DNA of 64,000 bases, taken from IMG/VR virus record IMGVR_UViG_3300028888_001839, positions 32,001-96,000 of that record; one strand, written 5' to 3'. Positions 39,988 through 49,717 of the stretch are shown here, piece by piece; position 1 is the first letter of the stretch; each line of letters opens with the position of its first letter. Below the pieces are notes generated by a model. It saw only the letters and a list, made by a program, of their open reading frames with translations. It had not been told where the DNA came from and searched no databases. Both the position numbers and the translations under genes were made by a program. The DNA is from a virus. Its lineage: Duplodnaviria; Heunggongvirae; Uroviricota; Caudoviricetes.

Positions 39988-40295
39988 TGCAGACCGTTTG
40001 GGTATGGTATTGCAAATCTCCGCATGGAGGGTATCTGTTCCACGGCAACCGCAATTCCGGAATGCCGCCATTCCACCTCGGATGCTTAGACAATCTCATC
40101 TATGGGGAGCGACTAGTATGGGAGAGGACGAGAAAGGTACTGGAAATGAACGTCGATGTTCTGTGGTGGAACCAGCAGGTCCCATATTATCGCGTTGAGC
40201 CGAAACTCGTCACAATTGAGATTCGCCCGGCCGACTCTGTGACTAGGAGCAGGCACAAGCAAAAGGAAGGATGTTCTTTTGAAGAATGTAACTGA
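39984..40295 (+). CDS. Hypothetical protein
   Basis: ATGA coupling. Confidence 0.55.
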   Translation: MMQTVWVWYCKSPHGGYLFHGNRNSGMPPFHLGCLDNLIYGERLVWERTRKVLEMNVDVLWWNQQVPYYRVEPKLVTIEIRPADSVTRSRHKQKEGCSFEECN

Positions 40296-40301
40296 GAGGA
40301 C

Positions 40302-40556
40302 ATGAGCATGAAAAGCAATGTAGAATATCGAGTGGTATTTCACACAACGTTTCGCAATAGAACCTTCTTTTTCTTGGAGAAGCGAACCCGTGGCATACTC
40401 TTCTGGGGCAGATGGCATTATATCGCAGAGAGCGAAGCTGTTACCGAACTCTGCGGTGCGGCAGAAAAACTCATTGCCCTTGACAAGGCTAACGGAATAA
40501 ACTCCGTGTTGCTGACAGACGAAGCCATCTTCCTAAAGGAAAGGAGCAAGCAATGA
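40302..40556 (+). CDS. Hypothetical protein
   Basis: GAGG Shine-Dalgarno; operon context. Confidence 0.6.
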   Translation: MSMKSNVEYRVVFHTTFRNRTFFFLEKRTRGILFWGRWHYIAESEAVTELCGAAEKLIALDKANGINSVLLTDEAIFLKERSKQ

Positions 40557-41020
40557 AGAGGACAAAAGAGTACGAAATCCCCAAAGGCCCTGAAACTGTC
40601 GATGACATCATCAAGTGGCTGTTTGCAATCACAAAGGGTCATGAGCGCTACCCGCACGACACGGCGAAACTAGGACGCTTCCCGATTTCATACATGGACA
40701 TCAACACACTCGCCGAGAGGTTGAAGAAAGCCTATTTTAGGGAGCAGAGAAAAGTCCGTAAGGATGCCCGTGAAATGATGAAAGACTTATACTACAAAAA
40801 CAAGAATGTCCTTCGTCATCTTAATGAATTCCTTGAACGCCACATTAAAGACACAAAGGTTGGAGAAGACGGAAGAAACATGAGATTCGCAATGATTTAT
40901 TCAATTGAACTCCAGCATCTAATCCACTGGTATGGATTCTTGAAGGAATACGAGGAACTAGACGAAAAGTTCCCCTGCAAAGCGCACAATGTTGACAAGA
41001 AGGAGAAAAAGGATGCTTGA
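40553..41020 (+). CDS. Hypothetical protein (ETxxDI family)
   Basis: AAGGAG Shine-Dalgarno; ATGA coupling. Confidence 0.7.
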   Translation: MKRTKEYEIPKGPETVDDIIKWLFAITKGHERYPHDTAKLGRFPISYMDINTLAERLKKAYFREQRKVRKDAREMMKDLYYKNKNVLRHLNEFLERHIKDTKVGEDGRNMRFAMIYSIELQHLIHWYGFLKEYEELDEKFPCKAHNVDKKEKKDA

Positions 41021-41210
41021 CAAATCTGAAATCGCACGTGCGATCTTTTCGGCGCATTGTGACCTGAATAAAGTCCACAACAAATTCAACCATGCCTATG
41101 CCGAGGATAGAGAATCGCTCACCGAAGAGGACAATAGGATTTGGCAGTCCGTTGTCAAGGCAGTAGATGCACTTGCTCCCGTACACGACTGGGCGATAGA
41201 CAACATGTAA
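41013..41210 (+). CDS. Hypothetical protein
   Basis: AAGGAG Shine-Dalgarno before MLDKSEI. Confidence 0.6.
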   Translation: MLDKSEIARAIFSAHCDLNKVHNKFNHAYAEDRESLTEEDNRIWQSVVKAVDALAPVHDWAIDNM

Positions 41211-41257
41211 CATGAAAAGGTGAAAAGAGCAGGAATCCGAAATGAAGGAAATGCCAA

Positions 41258-41512
41258 ATGAAATTCGAACCGACAAACTACAAGTTCACCTGCGGCTCAT
41301 ACCAGATATGGGCGCTGTTCAAAACCCATACTGCAGCCCCGGTTGCGGGTGCATACAAGCGAGCCATTGATGCGGAAAGAGATGCGGAGGAATTTGCAAA
41401 AGGGCGAAGGTCTTGCGAGTATCGGAGAGACCGCATAGCAAGTTTCATGATTTGCAAGGTTGACATCAACGAGATTGTCCGATTGAAGAATGAGGAGGTT
41501 GAAAAGAAATGA
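41258..41512 (+). CDS. Hypothetical protein
   Basis: AAGGA Shine-Dalgarno. Confidence 0.6.
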   Translation: MKFEPTNYKFTCGSYQIWALFKTHTAAPVAGAYKRAIDAERDAEEFAKGRRSCEYRRDRIASFMICKVDINEIVRLKNEEVEKK

Positions 41513-41922
41513 AAGAAGTATAGATTGAGTTTCCCGCATACAACATTTTCCTCCGTCAAGGTGGAGATTGGAAGTTGCATAATGCGCCTATAATTGGAAG
41601 GCCATATAATGAAGTCTATAACATAGCCACGGGTATTCTGTTCTGGAAAAAGACAACCGAAGCTGTTAGGATTTATGGAGTATTCAACTGCCAGCAGACT
41701 TTCATTCAGGAGATGTCCAAGAAGGACTTCCCCAAACCAGAGTCCAATGAGGAGAGGATGCGCACGGCGATTAAGGATGCTATTGCAATCTGCGACAAAG
41801 AAAAAGAGGAGGGTTTCTTTGGAGGGAGTGCTATCCTTACGGTAGAGAAGATGAGGAAAGTCCTTTCGGAGGCAATAGAAACAACTAAGGATGTCTCAGG
41901 GGGAGAGAAGAAGGGAATATGA
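41509..41922 (+). pseudogene. ORF interrupted by an in-frame TAG at codon 5
   Basis: ATGA-coupled start at 41509 reads MKEV*(41521-41523)IEFPAYNIFLRQGGDWKLHNAP... in frame with the 41575..41922 ORF. Confidence 0.55.
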
Positions 41923-42359
41923 CAACAAGAGAGAAAGCTATTGTGTCTGCATACTCTGGATATCTGATGTGTGATATGTCAGAGATGCTGAAGTACATGT
42001 CGGAAAAGCTTGGTTGGACAATAAGCGAACAGGAACTGCTGAGCCGACATAGTGACTTCAAGTTCAACGACGAACTTGCCCAGAAAATTCTTCCTGATTT
42101 TCTGATGTTATGCAACACGATGACGACAAGAGAGAAAGCTATTGTGTCTGCATGGACCAAGATTTCGATGGGCAATATGGATGATATGCTTAAATATCTG
42201 TCTGAAAAGTTTGGTAAGACAGTAACAAAATCAGACTTGGATAAATACATGTCCTATGGCGTCTTGCGTCAAAAGTATGATGCAGCCGTTCTTCCAGATT
42301 GGCTTTCGCTGTGTGAAGGAGATGCGAAATCTACTACCAAGGCATCATGGTGGAGGTAA
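41919..42359 (+). CDS. Hypothetical protein made of two tandem homologous domains
   Basis: MTTREKAIVSA...MLKYxSEKxG...LPD occurs twice; near-identical ~34-bp DNA at 41919 and 42120. Confidence 0.75.
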   Translation: MTTREKAIVSAYSGYLMCDMSEMLKYMSEKLGWTISEQELLSRHSDFKFNDELAQKILPDFLMLCNTMTTREKAIVSAWTKISMGNMDDMLKYLSEKFGKTVTKSDLDKYMSYGVLRQKYDAAVLPDWLSLCEGDAKSTTKASWWR

Positions 42360-42479
42360 AAGCGATTTTTTCGGAGGCTGGTTTCAGGGTGCATCTAAAG
42401 ATGACATTATGGATTGGGTCATTCTGCTACGAAACAACCTTAAGAAAGCAATAGTGCAATTGAAGAAAGAAAACAAGCA

Positions 42480-42920
42480 ATGAGCAAGTGGAAGAAAAGC
42501 GGATTCAGGATTCGGGAACTCTCCGACCTCTTCAAGTCTATGGACGACTTCGGAGGTATCTGGCGTGACGATGTAGGCAAGTTCGCCAATCGCTCTTGGG
42601 TAATGTCGCAGCAAATGAACTACCTCCTAGGGAGAATCAATCGGGGAGCATTCTACTTTCCAGAAGAAGTAAAAGAATTAGCCGAAGAAAAGAAAGCTAC
42701 TCCAAACCATAACGACAGGAGAAACCTTTACTGCTGTATTAGGGTATTCCCATCTGCCATATTCTTTGAGGCATGGGGAAACAAGAAGCAGTGCATGGAC
42801 TTTGCCAAGAATGCGGCTAAACCTCGCCTTGAGGTTTGCAAGGTTGTTCCCGTCGTGGTATGGGACAAGCATGGGAAGAAGAAGGTGAAGAAAAATGGAA
42901 ATGCTAAATCTCGGAGATAA
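42480..42920 (+). CDS. Hypothetical protein
   Basis: 146-aa ORF in the operon. Confidence 0.6.
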   Translation: MSKWKKSGFRIRELSDLFKSMDDFGGIWRDDVGKFANRSWVMSQQMNYLLGRINRGAFYFPEEVKELAEEKKATPNHNDRRNLYCCIRVFPSAIFFEAWGNKKQCMDFAKNAAKPRLEVCKVVPVVVWDKHGKKKVKKNGNAKSRR

Positions 42921-42940
42921 AGTTAAGATAGGAAAAACAA

Positions 42941-43912
42941 ATGAGCAGAATTAAGTTAGACCCTTCTCTCGAAAAGTTGTTCTCTGTAAGCGATCACGGT
43001 TTCCGTCTTGAGAACCGTCATTTCTATGCAGTCTACAAAACTAGACTTCTTAAATATGACGGCAGAGAAGTTGGAGAGCGTGGACAAGGAAACATAGTAT
43101 CTTTCACGAGACTCTACCCTGCACGAGATGAAGAATTTGCCATATCGAAAGCACCTCTGTATTTTGACGTGAGCAATCCCACGTTCGGGCGTCTTGACCG
43201 TACCAAGATAGAAGAAGTTAAGCATACCCTTGTTGAAGTCAAGGAGTTTGTTCCGCCAACGTTAAGTGAGGAAAAATTCCGTGTATTCAATAGGCAGGAG
43301 TATTCAAGAAATCATTTCTTCATGAGGGTTAGGATATTCCCGAACAGGGGAGAGCCATTGCCAGAATCTTTTCATGGGTTCGAGCATTGTCTAATAAGGA
43401 GAATCCAACGCCACATCTGGTCTAAACATGCAACAGCCTACCTCTATCACCCTTGGCATGGTGCTGGCGATAACTACACGGAGTGGCATCGCTGCGACAA
43501 AGGCACCGGCAACTATTCAATGCTGGAGCGAGAGTTCAACAAGAGAGAAACTGATGAAGCGAAGAAGTTTGCCGTAACCGAATACACCGACCTTGACGAT
43601 GACGAACAGGAACTAATAAGAAGGCTCAAAAGACTTCAAGTTCTTGACAATCAGCTATGCGAACTATGTAGCGAGGATTATTTTCTGCACAAGGACTTGA
43701 TGCAGGGTAGGTTCTACAAAGAGTTCGGCGACATTGTTTTCTCCCCAGATGAAAACAACTATTTGAGGCGAGCCTTTCTTGGAAGAGATGAGAAAGTGTC
43801 AGAAGCAAGAATCAAGATACAAGACCTTGAATATCGACGGAAAACCATTGACAGAGAAATAGAAAGTTTGAAGAAGTTCATAGAAGAAGAAAAGAAGGAG
43901 ATCGAGAAATGA
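42941..43912 (+). CDS. Hypothetical protein
   Basis: 323-aa ORF, AGGA Shine-Dalgarno, C-terminal coiled coil. Confidence 0.75.
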   Translation: MSRIKLDPSLEKLFSVSDHGFRLENRHFYAVYKTRLLKYDGREVGERGQGNIVSFTRLYPARDEEFAISKAPLYFDVSNPTFGRLDRTKIEEVKHTLVEVKEFVPPTLSEEKFRVFNRQEYSRNHFFMRVRIFPNRGEPLPESFHGFEHCLIRRIQRHIWSKHATAYLYHPWHGAGDNYTEWHRCDKGTGNYSMLEREFNKRETDEAKKFAVTEYTDLDDDEQELIRRLKRLQVLDNQLCELCSEDYFLHKDLMQGRFYKEFGDIVFSPDENNYLRRAFLGRDEKVSEARIKIQDLEYRRKTIDREIESLKKFIEEEKKEIEK

Positions 43913-44076
43913 CAAAGACACCACACACGCTATACAAGCAATGTCCATTCTGCGGCAAGCCGTTCAAGACCAAAGCCCCCGGCAAGAAGTTCTGCGACAA
44001 GTGCGTCAAGAACGGATTCCACTGGGTCTATGAGGTGACGGGAAGAACCAACGGCTGGGACAAGAAGGTAGCCTAG
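43909..44076 (+). CDS. Small zinc-finger protein (55 aa, not in ORF track)
   Basis: AAGGAG Shine-Dalgarno, ATGA overlap; CPFCGKPF...KFCDKC. Confidence 0.65.
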   Translation: MTKTPHTLYKQCPFCGKPFKTKAPGKKFCDKCVKNGFHWVYEVTGRTNGWDKKVA

Positions 44077-44090
44077 AAGGAGATTCTGGA

Positions 44091-44447
44091 ATGGAACCAT
44101 GGAAGCCAACTCCTGCAGCACTAGCCCTGCTCAAAAAACTCGAAGACCGCAAGGAAGCGGAAAAGGGAATAGCCGTAGCCAGACGGATGACAGAGGAGAA
44201 GCAGAGGAAGGAACGGCTGGCGGATGAGAACGAACGGAAGTACGGAGAGCAGTTGACGTATGCCGATAGGATGATTCAGTCCCGAGACGATGCGACTAGA
44301 AACAGATACACAAGCATCGAGGACATGGCTGGCAACAACGGCGGATGCACGACTCGCAAGGGTACTTGGAGGCGGCTTAAGTTCGGCAAGGGGAACATTG
44401 GCAAGAAAGGATTTGAAAAACTTGGATTCAAAGAGAACGGGGTCTGA
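44091..44447 (+). CDS. Hypothetical basic protein
   Basis: AAGGAG Shine-Dalgarno. Confidence 0.65.
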   Translation: MEPWKPTPAALALLKKLEDRKEAEKGIAVARRMTEEKQRKERLADENERKYGEQLTYADRMIQSRDDATRNRYTSIEDMAGNNGGCTTRKGTWRRLKFGKGNIGKKGFEKLGFKENGV

Positions 44448-44472
44448 ACCTCTATAAGAAGGTACAAAAACA

Positions 44473-46383
44473 ATGGACAATGAATCTATACTGAGCAGGC
44501 TCACCGATTTTCTCCTAAATGAACCGTCAGGTGACTTTCACCTTGCAGAAGACTTCTATCGGCTCACAAGGGACAATGGGCTAAGCGAATACGACATCAC
44601 AAAAATAGCAGACATCGCTAACGGTTTCGATGAGACTGGCAAGTTGGCTATCATCTACCTGTCCCATCTGTGCCGAGAACAGATTAAAGAAACGGTTGTC
44701 CCTGTCTCTGCAGTCATTTCAGATTCTGTGGCTCTTGACAGATATAGAGAATGTCTTGGAATCGTCAACTCGGAGCAGGTAAAGGGCTATCGGTCGGAAC
44801 TGGTTGGGCTGCTTGCCGGTGCGATAAACGTCCTTTCAAAGCAAAAGGCAATTGGCGAGGCTACGGACATTGATGCTGCCCTCGATAAAGCGCTTGAAGC
44901 GGTATTCTGTGGATTCCCGAAGCTCACATTCGAAGTGTATGCAAACTCGGGGCTCTCTGTTGGGAAGTTGGATTATACGGTAAAATCCGTGCAGGTATGT
45001 GACTCGCTTGCCGAATGCCTCATTCGACTTGAGAAGTCAAAAGACGGAATCTATATCTGCTTCATTACAAACCCCGGCACGCTTGACGGATGGTTCGGGT
45101 TCTTCGTCAAGTCGAACGGCAACCTCTTCTCCTACAATGAGCGAATCGACGAGGTTTATGCCGGGCAGCATAGCCATATGAGGAGCGGCCGCTATGTAGA
45201 AGACCGTAAGGCATACGACCTGTTCCCTTATGCCTTGTGCGAGTTTAGCAAGGAGACTGACTACAAGGGGTATTCAACCGAATTCAGAATGGGGGAAAAC
45301 AGAGACCTGTTCGACGACAAGAACATGGAACTGGCTATAAGGACGTTCCTATCAATTGCCCTCATCGCACAGAAACACATGGGGCACAATGTAAGCGGAG
45401 AGACCGTAGTCGTGAACTCCCTTTTACCGATGAACCTTGCTCAACTCGAGAACAAAGAAGCGAAGTCAACAGCGATAGTGTCATGGCAGCATTCTCCAAT
45501 CGTTTCCGCCACGGCTAACTTCCAACTCCCGCGATTTGAGGCCAACAAGGTTGTCAGCGGAGGGTACGACAAGGAATTTGACGGTACGGATACTGGTGAA
45601 TACGGGGTGTTCAGCGGAATCAACCAGGACATTCTGGATGCTTACGGAGACGGCTTTAGCATTAACTATTCAAAGGTTCTTGCAAGCAGAAGTTCTCTAA
45701 GGCTCATAGGGAACGGGCATTGCGAGCAGGAATTCATCGGCTCGCCCAAAAGGATGAGGCTTCAGGCCTATTATGAGGTCCGAAAGCAGTTGGCAAAATT
45801 CGTCTACCGTAAAATAACAAAAGAGTATTCCGATTTTGGCGGCAAGGAAGGTCTTCTGAAGTGGTATCGAGAGCGCCTTGAAGAACGAAGGAAGGAGATT
45901 TACGCCCTATGCACCGCAGCCTACAATCAGACAGACGGAAAAGAGGGGCATGCTTACTTTGGTTCGCCAGAGAGGCAGGAGAACTGTTGCTGCGAAATTT
46001 TTGCACATGAGACGCCCTCGATGAGCATTCTGGTTGGGAAAGCGAAATATCTTCACAGAATGTCTTTGTCCGAATTCAAAGAAGGCAAGGCAATCTGCCC
46101 CATTACTGGCGAAAAGGCATCTTGGAGTTTCACCTTCTGCTTTGAAACCTACAAGCAGGTACAGGAGTTCCTGAAATGCGAACTCCCGAAGTTCTGCACT
46201 GGATGGCGTACAAACAACCTGTACAACGGGAATCCAATATTGGACGTGACAGACCCGATTGGAGACCTAGTACACCCAATGTCTGAGATGCGAGTGCCTT
46301 TCAACTTCGCAGTGGATTTAAGCAAGAGGGGGCTGAAAGGGCTTTTGAAAGAGAAAGGGAATCATGGGCAAGGCAGGATTTGA
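44473..46383 (+). CDS. Large hypothetical protein (636 aa)
   Basis: Long uninterrupted ORF; no motif recognised. Confidence 0.8.
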   Translation: MDNESILSRLTDFLLNEPSGDFHLAEDFYRLTRDNGLSEYDITKIADIANGFDETGKLAIIYLSHLCREQIKETVVPVSAVISDSVALDRYRECLGIVNSEQVKGYRSELVGLLAGAINVLSKQKAIGEATDIDAALDKALEAVFCGFPKLTFEVYANSGLSVGKLDYTVKSVQVCDSLAECLIRLEKSKDGIYICFITNPGTLDGWFGFFVKSNGNLFSYNERIDEVYAGQHSHMRSGRYVEDRKAYDLFPYALCEFSKETDYKGYSTEFRMGENRDLFDDKNMELAIRTFLSIALIAQKHMGHNVSGETVVVNSLLPMNLAQLENKEAKSTAIVSWQHSPIVSATANFQLPRFEANKVVSGGYDKEFDGTDTGEYGVFSGINQDILDAYGDGFSINYSKVLASRSSLRLIGNGHCEQEFIGSPKRMRLQAYYEVRKQLAKFVYRKITKEYSDFGGKEGLLKWYRERLEERRKEIYALCTAAYNQTDGKEGHAYFGSPERQENCCCEIFAHETPSMSILVGKAKYLHRMSLSEFKEGKAICPITGEKASWSFTFCFETYKQVQEFLKCELPKFCTGWRTNNLYNGNPILDVTDPIGDLVHPMSEMRVPFNFAVDLSKRGLKGLLKEKGNHGQGRI

Positions 46384-46424
46384 GCGGAACAGTAACGATG
46401 ATGACGATTTGCCTTTTTAATCCT

Positions 46425-46468
46425 ACCCCCTCTTGAAAGCCACAAGCACCCTATGCTATACTATCTCC
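46425..46468 (+). promoter_or_regulatory. Early promoter P3 (leaderless)
   Basis: CCCCCTC-TTGAAA(46433)-18 nt-TATACT(46457), with ATG at 46469, at or next to the expected +1. Confidence 0.7.
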
Positions 46469-47338
46469 ATGGAAGAACTTATACCAATACGGACTATCAA
46501 GGCTAACTTTGGCGAACCGATTCGCCTAACCTGCCCCAGGGCAGAAGAATTCCTCCTGCGCACGATGAATGAAGTGACAGAGGTGGAGGACAACCCATAC
46601 GATGCCTACATGGCGGAATCACTGTTCTGGGAATCTTCCATAACCCCAGAACAGCGCAAGAAATTCGATGAACTATCCGACAAGAAGGATGCCGCAGAGA
46701 GAGCATACGACCCGAAGAAGCACAAGGACGATACTCCAGAAGCACAAGCATTCTTCAAGGCGGACGATGAACTAGAGAGGTTCATAGAATCTACTGGAAA
46801 GCACCTATGCTTTCGTTGCTCCTACTATGAGACAAAGGAGATAGATAGTGGACGGCTTGCGGCAAAATGCACAAGAAGAAGCTCTGGACAAGGAGTCCGC
46901 CCCTACACCCTAGCCTGCGGACACTTCACGACTGGGGTAACGCCTTATGTCCTTCAAGCTGAGAAAGAGTATGCGGAAGTCTGTAGGAAGAACCCAGGCT
47001 TTGCCGATTTCGTGAGGAAGCACCAGAGGGAAGATGCCGCAAAGAGATTTGCGGAATACATCAAGAACTCGCCATCTACGGCTTTCTACCTCTACCAAGG
47101 AGCGCCAGATTACCACGAGAAGTTCTACAAGAACTTCCCCCTAATCATGGCAGAGACGCAGTACCCCTCTCTCCCCCTCTTCCTAGAGGCTTACAAGAGG
47201 TGGGAGAAGGATGCTATAATCAAGAGGGAAAGAGCGGATGACGGCACGACAAACATAACCATATCTGTCTCCGATAGGGAATTTTGCCCTAGTGACACAC
47301 CACCCCCACCAACTAGTGAGGAGACTAGTGATAATTAA
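46469..47338 (+). CDS. Hypothetical protein with Cys motif
   Basis: CFRC...C...C; start inferred from P3. Confidence 0.75.
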   Translation: MEELIPIRTIKANFGEPIRLTCPRAEEFLLRTMNEVTEVEDNPYDAYMAESLFWESSITPEQRKKFDELSDKKDAAERAYDPKKHKDDTPEAQAFFKADDELERFIESTGKHLCFRCSYYETKEIDSGRLAAKCTRRSSGQGVRPYTLACGHFTTGVTPYVLQAEKEYAEVCRKNPGFADFVRKHQREDAAKRFAEYIKNSPSTAFYLYQGAPDYHEKFYKNFPLIMAETQYPSLPLFLEAYKRWEKDAIIKRERADDGTTNITISVSDREFCPSDTPPPPTSEETSDN

Positions 47339-47379
47339 AACTTTACCACTCTTGACCTATTCAAAAAGGAAACTACACG

Positions 47380-48072
47380 ATGGCAAAAAAACCGCAGAAA
47401 CTGGACACTTCAACCCTTTCCGAACTACTGGTCAAGGAGTGGGCAGACCACTACCCCCCTGAAACCATCGGCACCCTCAATGCGAAAGCGCAAGCCCTCA
47501 CCTACACCATCACAAGCACACAAGAGGACTTCACGAAACTCTCCCTAGCAAAGAGTAGATTAGGCGACCTAACCTCGTTGCTGCCCCCTATCATCACCTC
47601 TCTGGATGGAGCATTGAAGAAGCGCCAAGACTTCCTAGCCGCCTACGGAGACCTAGGGGCTACCATCAAAATACCCTATGAGACGATGGATGCCACTCTC
47701 CGCTCCTACACGGATGCCCTAGCCGACTATGCCCTGCAGGTTACTGAACGATACTTCAAGAACCTAAAAGATGTAGAGCGGACATTACACTATCTAACCC
47801 ACCTCCGAGACCTCTATCGGGACATTGCCGCCATCGCCGCTGTCATTCGGATGGACTTCCTCAAGACCCCGGAAGACCGCCGCAAGCCTATCGTGCGGGA
47901 ACTCTATAGGCTCTTCAAGGCGGTGGCCGACAACCTCGTTTTCACTGGGCTAGACCCGAACATCGAGAATCCGCTTATCCCCTCCAAGATTGATGCGGAG
48001 GAATTCAAGTCTCTCTGCAATGTCCGTAGGGAGGCACAGAAGTTTGCGGATATCCTTAAGGCTTCACGTTGA
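47380..48072 (+). CDS. Hypothetical helical protein
   Basis: AAGGA Shine-Dalgarno; 230 aa. Confidence 0.75.
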   Translation: MAKKPQKLDTSTLSELLVKEWADHYPPETIGTLNAKAQALTYTITSTQEDFTKLSLAKSRLGDLTSLLPPIITSLDGALKKRQDFLAAYGDLGATIKIPYETMDATLRSYTDALADYALQVTERYFKNLKDVERTLHYLTHLRDLYRDIAAIAAVIRMDFLKTPEDRRKPIVRELYRLFKAVADNLVFTGLDPNIENPLIPSKIDAEEFKSLCNVRREAQKFADILKASR

Positions 48073-48356
48073 CCAAAAAAGGAGAATACTATATAATGAA
48101 CTTCTTTCATGCCGTAAATGCCTCTGGATGCGATACATTCATCAGAGTGGATGATATTGTCTCTATTGTGCACAACGATGCCAAAGACCATGTCCTTGTT
48201 GGGATGAGGAATGGAGAACAATATGGGTTTAGCGGAGATACTATTAGAAGTATATACAATGAGGCTTTCCCAAGCAGGGCAACTAGCATGGAAGGCAAAA
48301 ACCTTGCGGTACAGTTGTCTAAGATACTTACAATGTTAGACAAGTGGGTTAAATAG
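48069..48356 (+). CDS. Hypothetical protein
   Basis: Start possibly ATG 48096 after AAGGAG. Confidence 0.6.
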   Translation: MTKKGEYYIMNFFHAVNASGCDTFIRVDDIVSIVHNDAKDHVLVGMRNGEQYGFSGDTIRSIYNEAFPSRATSMEGKNLAVQLSKILTMLDKWVK

Positions 48357-48375
48357 TAGTAGGAGACTACCACCT

Positions 48376-48624
48376 ATGATGCACAGAGTCATTCCGTCGA
48401 GGCCCATTCAAAAGGATGAGGGCTACCCGTTCGTCCAGATGCTAGGCAACCGCCTAAATGACATAGAAAAATGCCTAAACCAAATCATCAAGGAACTAGG
48501 CAATACGGTATTGTCCCCCGCTTCTATCAAAATGTCGGCTATCGCTGGACTAACCGCCCTCTCCGCCGCAAGGGACTTCCTGCCCGTCCTCACAATTAAG
48601 AACAACAAGGAGACTTCTAAATGA
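48376..48624 (+). CDS. Hypothetical protein
   Basis: AGGAG Shine-Dalgarno. Confidence 0.6.
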   Translation: MMHRVIPSRPIQKDEGYPFVQMLGNRLNDIEKCLNQIIKELGNTVLSPASIKMSAIAGLTALSAARDFLPVLTIKNNKETSK

Positions 48625-49043
48625 AAATTAAGAAATACCTTCCGCAAATCATAGTAATTATCATGGGGATTAGCATATTCATGATAACTCTCTCTGTTGT
48701 CATTTTTGGAATCCCGAAAACAGACAACTGCGTACTCTGCGGAAATCCCATATGCCATACCCCCTCCAAAGTTGACCCCAACGGCTGGATAGCGGAAAAC
48801 GGCGGAGGCGGCACCCCCTCACAAGCCTACCCCCTACTTACCACCAACCTCCTAGCCCAGATTGAACAGCGCCTAGATGCCCTAGACTCCGATGTGAACG
48901 AAATCAAGGATATCACTGGTGACGGCAGCCTCTTTGAAATCTATCTTGAACTGGGTAGGGGCATAGACCGCAACGGACACCGCATAGATGCCATCTTAAA
49001 CCGCCTAGAACGCCTCGAGCACCGTACCCCTCCTAGCCCCTAG
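48621..49043 (+). CDS. Membrane-anchored coiled-coil protein
   Basis: N-terminal TM helix, CxxC, coiled coil. Confidence 0.65.
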   Translation: MKIKKYLPQIIVIIMGISIFMITLSVVIFGIPKTDNCVLCGNPICHTPSKVDPNGWIAENGGGGTPSQAYPLLTTNLLAQIEQRLDALDSDVNEIKDITGDGSLFEIYLELGRGIDRNGHRIDAILNRLERLEHRTPPSP

Positions 49044-49086
49044 GCATTGTGTAGAAGCCTAGCACAGCAAGAGGAGCACCCCTAAA

Positions 49087-49254
49087 ATGAGAAAGCGCAA
49101 GTCTACTCCCTCCGAAAGAATCGTCAAAGCCTTTCTCGTTACCCTTCTGGCGGTTATAGCTTACCAAATTGCAGGCTGCACGGCTCATCTCTACTACCAA
49201 AAAACCTATCCAATCCACAATAGCCCCATACCTACCGAGGAACCTAAAAAATGA
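49087..49254 (+). CDS. Small membrane/lipoprotein-like protein (55 aa, not in ORF track)
   Basis: GAGGAG Shine-Dalgarno; MRKRK...FLVTLLAVIAYQIAGC; ATGA overlap with the next gene. Confidence 0.5.
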   Translation: MRKRKSTPSERIVKAFLVTLLAVIAYQIAGCTAHLYYQKTYPIHNSPIPTEEPKK

Positions 49255-49658
49255 AACTGAAAGACTCATTACGTAGCACTCTTTCTCATCTGGACGAACT
49301 CTTTTGCACCGCTCTTGTCTTGGGAATCTGCGGAGTGCTCCTATCGCTCTGTCTCCCATCAAAAGAGCAGATGATGAAGAAGTACGACTGCCCTCCACCC
49401 TCCTATGAAATCATGGTGAACAACATAGCGGAACTTAAAGTCCGCTTGTCCGAGATAGAATCCGCCATCACAAACGGCACCAGCGACATCAGCCTCTATG
49501 CCCAGCTCGTCTCCACCAATCTAGTCCGAAAACCATGCACCTGCGGCTACTGCCGCCCCTCCGAAGGTATCGCCGTCCCGGAACACGTCAATGCCCTCGG
49601 TTACGACACCGTTCTGCAAGTCTCTACAAACTACCTGCCCATCGTCAGGAAACCCTAA
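49251..49658 (+). CDS. Membrane-anchored coiled-coil protein
   Basis: TM helix, coiled coil, CxCxxC. Confidence 0.6.
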   Translation: MKLKDSLRSTLSHLDELFCTALVLGICGVLLSLCLPSKEQMMKKYDCPPPSYEIMVNNIAELKVRLSEIESAITNGTSDISLYAQLVSTNLVRKPCTCGYCRPSEGIAVPEHVNALGYDTVLQVSTNYLPIVRKP

Positions 49659-49717
49659 TGTTCCAGCCGAACTCAAGCCGTTTTGAAAACTCACAAACCA
49701 AGTAAAGGAACACCAAA

